IMG/VR virus record: IMGVR_UViG_3300010367_000168 | Span: 1-64,000 of that record | Strand: one strand, 5' to 3' | Origin: a virus | DNA length: 64,000 nt | In this document: one piece after another, positions 58,260-64,000 of the stretch | Numbering within the stretch: the first letter of the stretch is position 1 | How the letters are laid out: every line of letters begins with the position of its first letter | Notes under the pieces: generated by a model | What the model saw: only the letters and a program-made list of their open reading frames with translations | What the model was told of the DNA's origin: nothing | Databases searched by the model: none | Program-made: the position numbers and the translations under genes

Positions 58260-58816
58260 TCAGCACCCACAAGGATCGAACCTACGGCACCAAACGCGTT
58301 CAGGTCGGCGACCGCTGGCGCACCGACTTCCTGCTGCACTGCTCGGGATGTGGGGCCGAGGACACGATCCACATGGACCCGAACTGCAAGCCTGACCTGA
58401 TCGTCCAGAAGTTCGAGCGGATGGGCTGGAAGGTCGATGAGCGCAATCCGGCTCGGAACCTGTGTCCGCTCTGCCAGCCCCGCACCAACCCGAAGCCCAA
58501 GCCGAAGGAGGACGTGATGGCCGATCTGCCGAAGGGCCCCACGCATGAGCAGCGCAAGCGCATCGCGCAGCAGCTCCGCGGGGTCTTCGACGAGGCTCGT
58601 GGCTGCTACCTCGACGCGCACACCGATCAGTCGGTCGCTCAGGAATTGCAGATGCCGTGGGCTTGGGTTCGCGAGTGCCGGGATCTGCTCGGCTACGAGA
58701 TCAAGATCGACCCCGAGATTGAGGCGCTTCGGAGCGAGTTCGCCACCCTGGCCGACATGCTCGTCGCTGCCGAGGCCAAGCTCGCCGCGCTCGAAAAGAG
58801 GAGGCTCGCGTCATGA
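58256..58816 (+). CDS. hypothetical protein with Cys pairs and a C-terminal coiled coil (186 aa)
   Basis: ATGA overlap. CSGCG...CPLCQ. Confidence 0.45.
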   Translation: MISTHKDRTYGTKRVQVGDRWRTDFLLHCSGCGAEDTIHMDPNCKPDLIVQKFERMGWKVDERNPARNLCPLCQPRTNPKPKPKEDVMADLPKGPTHEQRKRIAQQLRGVFDEARGCYLDAHTDQSVAQELQMPWAWVRECRDLLGYEIKIDPEIEALRSEFATLADMLVAAEAKLAALEKRRLAS

Positions 58817-59046
58817 TCGAAGATTTGGAAACGCCCGATCCGGAACTCCGGGTCGAAGCGGCGACCGAGGCTCTCTATGTCCACCTCCGGGCCCTCGTCC
58901 TCAAAGAGAAATTCGACATGGACGAGATCTTCGCCGCGATGTGCGAGGTCGTGGCCGAATGTGTCAGGCGGCGCCCGGACCGCGCGCAGCATGTTCGCAA
59001 CATGCTTGCTGACCTATCCGGCGCGGACGTTCGGAGGGTCCCATGA
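58813..59046 (+). CDS. hypothetical protein (77 aa)
   Basis: ORF track. Confidence 0.45.
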   Translation: MIEDLETPDPELRVEAATEALYVHLRALVLKEKFDMDEIFAAMCEVVAECVRRRPDRAQHVRNMLADLSGADVRRVP

Positions 59047-59276
59047 ACGAGCCGGAAGCCCGCGCGATTTGGGACGCCAGCCGCGACGATCTCGTCGTGG
59101 ACATGATCACGGCAATCGACCGCTCCGGGCGCCGGCACAAATGCTCGCCGCGGGAGACCATCGCTGGCGCGGCATTCGCCCTGGCCTGCTGCATTCGGGT
59201 CGAGCCGGGCTCCGAGGAGATCGTCCGAGACGTTTTTGCGATCGTCGGCGTCTCGCTGAAGGAGCCCGGCCCATGA
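59043..59276 (+). CDS. hypothetical protein (77 aa)
   Basis: ORF track. Confidence 0.45.
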   Translation: MNEPEARAIWDASRDDLVVDMITAIDRSGRRHKCSPRETIAGAAFALACCIRVEPGSEEIVRDVFAIVGVSLKEPGP

Positions 59277-59488
59277 CCGCGAGCCCAGAGCAGGAAGCTC
59301 GCATCCGCGCCATCGGCGCTGCTGCGATCGAGATCATCGAGGCCACCCGACTGATCGGCCAGGCCCACAACCTATCCCCCGACGACACGTTGGCCTCGCT
59401 CGCGATGGCGAGCAACTCGATGGACGCGGCCATGGACGTTGTCGCCCAACTCAAGGAGCTGGCACGTGGATCACGAGAACCACTTTGA
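59273..59488 (+). CDS. hypothetical protein (71 aa)
   Basis: Internal ATG overlapping the upstream stop. Confidence 0.4.
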   Translation: MTASPEQEARIRAIGAAAIEIIEATRLIGQAHNLSPDDTLASLAMASNSMDAAMDVVAQLKELARGSREPL

Positions 59489-59762
59489 CACCGAGGTCGA
59501 TCTGGAGTGCGCGGTTGCCGAGCTGGAAGCGGCGGCCGATGCGATGATGAACGCGGTCATCACCGTCATTCGGCGCGAGTCCATGCACCCGGCTCGCGCC
59601 ATCTACGCCACGGCGGTCGCGCTGTCGTCGATGATCGACGCCTTGCCGGCAACGGTGCGGGCCCAAGCCGGCGCGGACGTGATCAGAGTGATCGAAGGCG
59701 GCCTGGCCGAGGCGGCCAAGGCTGATGGCCAAGCGGTGGCCAGAGGGCCGCTGCTCGCATGA
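59466..59762 (+). CDS. hypothetical protein (98 aa)
   Basis: GTG 59466 lies 7 nt after AAGGAG. Confidence 0.4.
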   Translation: MDHENHFDTEVDLECAVAELEAAADAMMNAVITVIRRESMHPARAIYATAVALSSMIDALPATVRAQAGADVIRVIEGGLAEAAKADGQAVARGPLLA

Positions 59763-59941
59763 CCACGCCGCAAATGATTATGACGGTCCTGCTCACCCTC
59801 CGCTTCGTCGGGCCACTGGCGCGGGCGTTCGGAGCGGAGTTCCCGATGCGGAGGCGCGAACCGCCGTGGGTTGAACTGCCCGCCGCCGTCATCGCTGTCG
59901 GCATCTACGTCTCCGTGCTGGCCTGGGGAGGGTTCTGGTGA
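59759..59941 (+). CDS. small membrane protein (60 aa)
   Basis: ORF track, two hydrophobic segments. Confidence 0.4.
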   Translation: MTTPQMIMTVLLTLRFVGPLARAFGAEFPMRRREPPWVELPAAVIAVGIYVSVLAWGGFW

Positions 59942-60171
59942 TGGCCACGGCGCCCAAGACGGCAGAGCCCATTGCGGACAAAAGTGAGCCCTCGCGCTTC
60001 CTCTACGGGCTCCACTTCGCCTATCGTGGGCGGCTCTATCAGATCGGTCCCGAGGAGCTGGCGAGATGCCTCTGGTCCGATGGTGCAGCCTGGGCCGCCG
60101 ACGTGGCTTGGGCCCGCCAGATCATCGACGCTCTCGCCACAAAAATCACAGGAAAGGCACCAAGCCAATGA
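59938..60171 (+). CDS. hypothetical protein (77 aa)
   Basis: ORF track. Confidence 0.45.
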   Translation: MMATAPKTAEPIADKSEPSRFLYGLHFAYRGRLYQIGPEELARCLWSDGAAWAADVAWARQIIDALATKITGKAPSQ

Positions 60172-60617
60172 GAGACCTTCGCCTGCTGGATGCTCATCGG
60201 GTCCACCTCCAAGGCATGCCGCTCGGCGATGACCGGGAGGGTGCGTTTCAGCTCCAGTCGCCGATCGACCGGGCCCCGCTCCGCGTCATAGCCTCGTCGG
60301 ACATGGGCTGGGATCACGTGTCCGTCTCGCGCCAGAACCGGCCCCCGAATTGGCACGAGATGTCATTCGTGAAGCGGCTCTTCTTCAAGGAGGGCGAGAC
60401 CGCAATGCAGCTCCACGTGCCGGTGGACGATCACGTGAACTTCCACCCCAACTGCCTGCACCTGTGGCGTCCTCATGACGTGGAGATCCCGCGCCCGCCA
60501 TCCATGATGGTCGGGCCGTCCACCGCGCCGGCCCACCCGAGCGAGCCCGATGCGCTCGGTGAAGCACCTCAGGCAGTAGCCGCCGATCGGTCGGTCCAGA
60601 GAAAGGCACGCGGATGA
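60168..60617 (+). CDS. conserved phage protein of unknown function (149 aa)
   Basis: LRVIASSDMGWDHVSVSRQNRPPNWHEMSFVKRLFF..ETAMQLHVP..DHVNFHPNCLHLW is a pattern frequent in phage genomes. Confidence 0.55.
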   Translation: MRDLRLLDAHRVHLQGMPLGDDREGAFQLQSPIDRAPLRVIASSDMGWDHVSVSRQNRPPNWHEMSFVKRLFFKEGETAMQLHVPVDDHVNFHPNCLHLWRPHDVEIPRPPSMMVGPSTAPAHPSEPDALGEAPQAVAADRSVQRKARG

Positions 60618-60928
60618 CGACCCCGCTGTTCGAGGACCAGGAGACGCGGGAGTGGCTCGGCATCGACGGACCCGATGCCGAGCAGAAGCTTCTCGATGCC
60701 ATGGCGCCGGCCTGCCGGGCCATCTCCGGGTCGCTGCGCAAATCGGGGCTGGATCAGCGCCAAGCGGCGTTCCTGGTGGTGATGGTGATGGGCGCCGTGC
60801 TGGCAGCCCAGCCCAGCGCCACAGACCGCGACAAGCTCATCGTCGAGGCCCTGCTGGCCCTGGACCGCGTCCGCGATGAATGGGCCAAGGCGCGGGCTCG
60901 TCGCCGCCCGCGGCCGATGGTCAACTGA
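60614..60928 (+). CDS. hypothetical protein (104 aa)
   Basis: ORF track. Confidence 0.45.
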   Translation: MTTPLFEDQETREWLGIDGPDAEQKLLDAMAPACRAISGSLRKSGLDQRQAAFLVVMVMGAVLAAQPSATDRDKLIVEALLALDRVRDEWAKARARRRPRPMVN

Positions 60929-60929
60929 G

Positions 60930-61142
60930 ATGCTGAAGCTCGATAGGGAGGCGACCGAGGCGCTCGTCGATCTCGGGACCCATCGCCGGGCGTGGCGGAC
61001 ATCGCTCCTGGCTTGCATGCGCAGGGCGAAATACGACCCGCCCGAGGTCGATGACCGGAGCTATTGGGAACACGAGATCGAGGTCTTCGATCGAGTGCTC
61101 GAAATCCTCACCCGGCTGGATGCTCACGTCCTGGACAGGTAG
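60930..61142 (+). CDS. hypothetical protein (70 aa)
   Basis: Internal ATG just after the upstream stop. Confidence 0.4.
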   Translation: MLKLDREATEALVDLGTHRRAWRTSLLACMRRAKYDPPEVDDRSYWEHEIEVFDRVLEILTRLDAHVLDR

Positions 61143-61150
61143 GAGCTGTG

Positions 61151-61348
61151 ATGAAGGTCAAGCACGATCGCACCATGTTCCCGCCGGCCTGGAACACGAC
61201 CAACGTCCTCACACTCGTCTCGGGCGGCGATCAGGTCGCGCATCGCGTTGTCGTCACCGATGCCAGTGGGTTCTCCGCTGCGCTCGAACTCACGGCCGAC
61301 AAGGCGAACGATCTCTACCTCAAGCTCAAGGCCAGCATCGAAACGTAG
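61151..61348 (+). CDS. hypothetical protein (65 aa)
   Basis: AGGAG RBS before ATG 61151. Confidence 0.45.
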   Translation: MKVKHDRTMFPPAWNTTNVLTLVSGGDQVAHRVVVTDASGFSAALELTADKANDLYLKLKASIET

Positions 61349-61360
61349 CAGCAGGGGATC

Positions 61361-61900
61361 ATGAGCGCGAAGAGCAAGGCCAGGGTGCAGTCGCTGCTGG
61401 AGACACCGGAGCGGGCCCAGCACGCAGCAGCAATCATCGACCGCAACATCGGGACCGCCATAGGCACGCCACGGGGCCGGCTCATTCAGAACCCGCTTGA
61501 TCGTCTCGCAGTGCGTGAGTCCATCACGCCACGAATGCATGCCGCTGGGATGCGGCTCAAGGAGGACTTCGAGGTCGGGGTCCTCGGCGCCAAGGACGCC
61601 GAGGGCAACTTCGCCCTCGGGATCAGGGGCCAAGCGAACCACGCATGGGTCCCGGATGTCCAGTTGGACGCGATCCGCCGGTTCAAACTGGCCATGATTG
61701 CGGTCGGGGCCCACGTCGGCGCCGTCCTGGTAGCCTTCTGCTGCTACGACCGGGACGTGGTGAAGATCGCGGTCCAGCAGGGTCGGAACCGGGACAAGGT
61801 GATGGGGATCGTCGAGGTCGGGCTCGAAACCCTGGCCGACCACTATGGCATGCTCGGCAAGGACGAGCGCCGCAAGATGCAGGGCTGGAGGGAGGACTGA
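61361..61900 (+). CDS. DUF6456-like HTH protein, late-gene regulator candidate
   Basis: NPLDRLAVRESITPRMHAAGMRLKEDFE...VLVAFCCYDRD...GLETLADHYG fits my recollection of DUF6456 (sigma region-4-like). It is the last sizeable gene of the early/middle operon. Confidence 0.45.
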   Translation: MSAKSKARVQSLLETPERAQHAAAIIDRNIGTAIGTPRGRLIQNPLDRLAVRESITPRMHAAGMRLKEDFEVGVLGAKDAEGNFALGIRGQANHAWVPDVQLDAIRRFKLAMIAVGAHVGAVLVAFCCYDRDVVKIAVQQGRNRDKVMGIVEVGLETLADHYGMLGKDERRKMQGWRED

Positions 61901-61902
61901 AC

Positions 61903-62148
61903 ATGGTGCCGCCGATCGTGCCTGCCCCGGTGCCGCCGCCGGGCTTCTACATCGCGGAGGAGATGAAGGCCCGCTTCCTTACGATATCCGACGTGGCGCT
62001 CGTCCTGGACGTGAGCGAGACCACCGTCGATGGCCTGATCCGCGGCGAGGTCCGGATTAAGCCGCGGGTCGCCGACGATCTCGCCGTGCTGTTCGGGGTG
62101 TCACCGGAATTTTTCCTCAACCTCCAGCGAGCATACGACGAGCAGTAG
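61903..62148 (+). CDS. HigA-family XRE antitoxin-like HTH protein (orphan)
   Basis: PPGFYIAEEMKARFLTISDVALVLDVSETTVDGLIRGEVRI..DLAVLFGVSPEFFLNLQRAYD. No HigB-like partner is evident. Confidence 0.55.
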   Translation: MVPPIVPAPVPPPGFYIAEEMKARFLTISDVALVLDVSETTVDGLIRGEVRIKPRVADDLAVLFGVSPEFFLNLQRAYDEQ

Positions 62149-62243
62149 AGCCGACTCTCGCCGAAAAAACAGTATCTTGTGCCATGCCGCACGGTGTGGC
62201 AGCATCTGCCCCATCGTGACTTCGTGTCCCTGCGATCTGAAAG

Positions 62244-62267
62244 ACGCCCGGCCCTGGAGCCGGGCGT
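62244..62267. terminator. hairpin between convergent genes (bidirectional terminator candidate)
   Basis: ACGCCCGGC-CCTGGA-GCCGGGCGT, a 9-bp perfect stem. Only short T/A runs on either side. Confidence 0.4.
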
Positions 62268-62274
62268 GCCTGTT

Positions 62275-62679
62275 TCAGGGCTTGGGCGGCTGAACCAATA
62301 GGGCAAACTGGTCCGGCCCGATCTCCAGCCGGACAATGTCGCCGGGGCTCAGATCCACCCAATTCTGCGCGTCATGGCCGGGGATCTTGTCGATCCCATC
62401 ACTGCCGCCGAACGAGTCCGCCTTGGTCTCCCACCATAAGTCGAAGGACATCGTCTCGGGGTTGCACTCGTTGGCGTAAACGATCCGGTTGGTGCGCTCG
62501 CCGCCGGGCAACGGTGGGATGCCGTTGCTCATCAGGTAGATGCCGTCGTCGCCCACCAGATGCAAAGCCGGCTTGACCGGGTCGCCGGGTTGATCGGCGT
62601 AGCATGGTCGGTGAAGCCGTGATGCGTAGGCGTGTGCGAGAAGCTCCTTCACGCCGGCTTTGTCGAAAGTGAGGATCAT
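62275..62679 (-). CDS. DUF3085-like protein
   Basis: MILTFDKAGVKELLAHA...PALHLVGDDGIYLMSNG matches my recollection of DUF3085, often found near anti-restriction genes on mobile elements. Confidence 0.45.
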   Translation of the reverse strand: MILTFDKAGVKELLAHAYASRLHRPCYADQPGDPVKPALHLVGDDGIYLMSNGIPPLPGGERTNRIVYANECNPETMSFDLWWETKADSFGGSDGIDKIPGHDAQNWVDLSPGDIVRLEIGPDQFALLVQPPKP

Positions 62680-62694
62680 CGTTTCTCTCCGGGT

Positions 62695-62833
62695 TGGTGG
62701 TCGTCGATCTACCAGGGGGTTCTGCCGGCCGCTGGCGAATTCGGCGGCGCTCGGACCCAGCTCGGCGGATCGGTCGTCGATCCACTGGGGGTGGTCGTCG
62801 ATCTACCAGGGGGTCGTCGATCTACTGGGGGGT
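62695..62833 (+). repeat. iteron array: four ~21-bp GTCGTCGATCYACYRGGGGGT units (three contiguous)
   Basis: Copies at 62697-62720, 62772-62792, 62791-62814 and 62814-62833, read directly. Each contains GATC. Confidence 0.85.
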
Positions 62834-63099
62834 TTGGGAGGTCGGTGGTGTGTCCCGGCCGCAACAGTCTCATTTCGGCCACAGAGCGTGTCTCCCGGCT
62901 GCCACAGAGCGGCCCGGTCGAGACACCTGTCTCCGATTTGCCACGTGTCCGCCGGGAGACGCACTCGGCGGGCCAGGGCAACCCGATCGTCCTACACGCC
63001 CGGCATGGCGATCCCGATCCGAGCCCCCGCCCGGCTTCGCGGAACCCGGCTTCCGGGTTCAACGTCGACTTGGTGGCGATCTCGTTTGGGCCATAGGCG

Positions 63100-63560
63100 G
63101 CCCCGCCACCAAGGGGCCGCCACCATGGCCACCAGGGGCCCAGCTGGGGCCCACCAGGGCCGGCCCGGCTGTAGGGGCTTGCCACCAGGGCCACCAGCGC
63201 CGACCCGGCTGTAGGGCCGCCCCACCAGGGCAGGCCATGGCAAGGCGGCCCGCACAGGGGCCCGGCTAGGGCCCTTGGGCGAGTGCCCTGGTAGGGTAGC
63301 CTAGGCGAAAGGAACTCGAGCCCTACGGGGCCGCCACGCAACCGGGCCGCCGGCCCCCGGCCCAGGCCGGCCCCGTTGGGCCCGCCTGGACGAGCCAAAG
63401 CCCCGCCGGCTGTAGGGCCGCGGGGCTGGGCTCGGGTTCGGCTCGGGCTGGGGCTGGCCCCCACCATGGCGACTCCTGTTGCGCTGGGGCCGGCTGGCCC
63501 TGGCACTGCCAAAGCCCCGCGCGGCGCTGGCCGGCGGGGCTTTGGCTGGTGGCGGGGCTT
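63100..63560. repeat. very GC-rich ORF-poor field with CCACCAGGGCC / CCCGGCTGTAGGG repeats and REP-like hairpins
   Basis: CCACCAGGGC appears about 4 times and CCCGGCTGTAGGG 3-4 times. Hairpins AGCCCCGC..GCGGGGCT (63399-63427) and a perfect 12-bp stem CCAAAGCCCCGC..GCGGGGCTTTGG (63509-63545). Confidence 0.7.
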
Positions 63561-63564
63561 CGCG

Positions 63565-63810
63565 CTAGGGCAGTTCACCCCCAGCAGCCAGGGCGCGGAA
63601 AGCCGCGTGCTGGACTTCCTGGGCTTGGGCTTTCAGGCTATGGGCCGCCACCAGATCCGGGCCCCAATCGCCGCGCTGGTAGCTGTAGCGGCGATCCACC
63701 GCCTTTCGCCCAAATTGAGCCACCAGGGCCGCGCAAAAGGCCTCCTCCGCCGCGTTGGCTGCGGCAATGGAGTCGTAAAGGGCTTGGCCCAAGGGTGTAC
63801 GGGTGACCAT
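63565..63810 (-). CDS. hypothetical protein (81 aa)
   Basis: GGAG RBS before ATG 63810. Plausible helical composition. Confidence 0.45.
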   Translation of the reverse strand: MVTRTPLGQALYDSIAAANAAEEAFCAALVAQFGRKAVDRRYSYQRGDWGPDLVAAHSLKAQAQEVQHAAFRALAAGGELP

Positions 63811-63905
63811 GGTGGGACTCCGGGTTGTGGGGCCGCTGGCCGGCCCTTGCACTGCCCTGGGCCCCGCCGGCTGTTGCCGCGCGGGGCTGGGCTGGGTCGG
63901 CTGGC

Positions 63906-64000
63906 CTAGTCGGAGCGCGCATCCCGATAGGCCTCGGCGCTGGTGTTGAAAGGGCCGGCCGGCTCGCCATCCGGCAAGCAGCCAGGGAACTCGGCAACCC
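63906..64000 (-). CDS. 3' end of a minus-strand gene continuing beyond the window
   Basis: Hand translation ..VAEFPGCLPDGEPAGPFNTSAEAYRDARSD-stop (TAG at 63906-63908). Too short to classify. Confidence 0.3.
   Translation of the reverse strand, partial: VAEFPGCLPDGEPAGPFNTSAEAYRDARSD

Noticed and set aside
62695-62833. Possible CRISPR array.
   Set aside because: The repeats are contiguous, or separated by a single 51-bp gap, with no unique spacers of regular length. There are only 4 units and no cas genes in the window.
62632-63578. Multiple 150-290-aa ORFs on both strands in the 62.6-63.6 kb field.
   Set aside because: They translate to Gly/Pro/Arg/Ala strings in all frames and are built from DNA repeats. 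No start contexts.

Overview
The window is high-GC DNA (GC not computed) that reads almost entirely as one temperate, HK97-fold, long-tailed phage or prophage. The tail genes look like those of alphaproteobacterial or GTA-related siphoviruses; the host cannot be named from sequence alone.

Layout:
- 1-28.2 kb (+): late operon. It starts with a partial DNA methylase, then terS, terL, a prohead-protease/major-capsid fusion, two glycosyltransferase genes, portal, a collagen-like protein, connector and tail genes with a lambda G/GT-type -1 frameshift site, tape measure, a J-like host-specificity protein, a 1.4k-aa beta-helix/esterase tailspike and a lysis cassette.
- 28.2-29.2 kb: an antisense HTH gene plus about 0.7 kb of lower-GC non-coding DNA.
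- 29.2-38.9 kb (+): a dual-HTH 590-aa-class protein and about 25 small genes of unknown function.
- 39.0-40.0 kb: an acidic mini-protein and a roughly 0.6 kb ORF-poor, highly structured stretch ending in a minus-strand terminator.
- 41-44.8 kb (-): accessory island with a Ser/Thr phosphatase, four tRNA-like genes, a stand-alone macro domain and a TumE/TumA-like toxin-antitoxin pair.
- 44.85-45.13 kb: repeat-rich attP-like gap.
- 45.1-51.4 kb (-): integrase, recombination-directionality candidates, ERF and Gp157-like genes.
- 51.46-51.79 kb: divergent control region.
- 51.8-62.1 kb (+): VRR-NUC, a replication initiator with internal iterons, a frameshifted primase-helicase, an Acb2-like protein, a C5-MTase/DpdA-like/YhhQ-like DNA-modification trio and a DUF6456-like regulator.
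- 62.7-63.6 kb: ORF-poor iteron and GC-hairpin field.

Most interesting signals:
1. Glycosyltransferase domains embedded in the head module next to a collagen-like protein.
2. A translationally coupled Dcm/DpdA-like/preQ0-transporter-like module.
3. A 20-bp palindrome, AGGGCWC-N6-GWGCCCT, repeated at about 9 intergenic control points, including directly in front of the TA toxin gene.
4. A structured non-coding region with a strand-specific terminator.
5. A non-canonical tRNA array beside a DarG-like macro domain.

All functional calls rest on motif recognition by eye and gene context. No database search, RNA folding or statistics was run.
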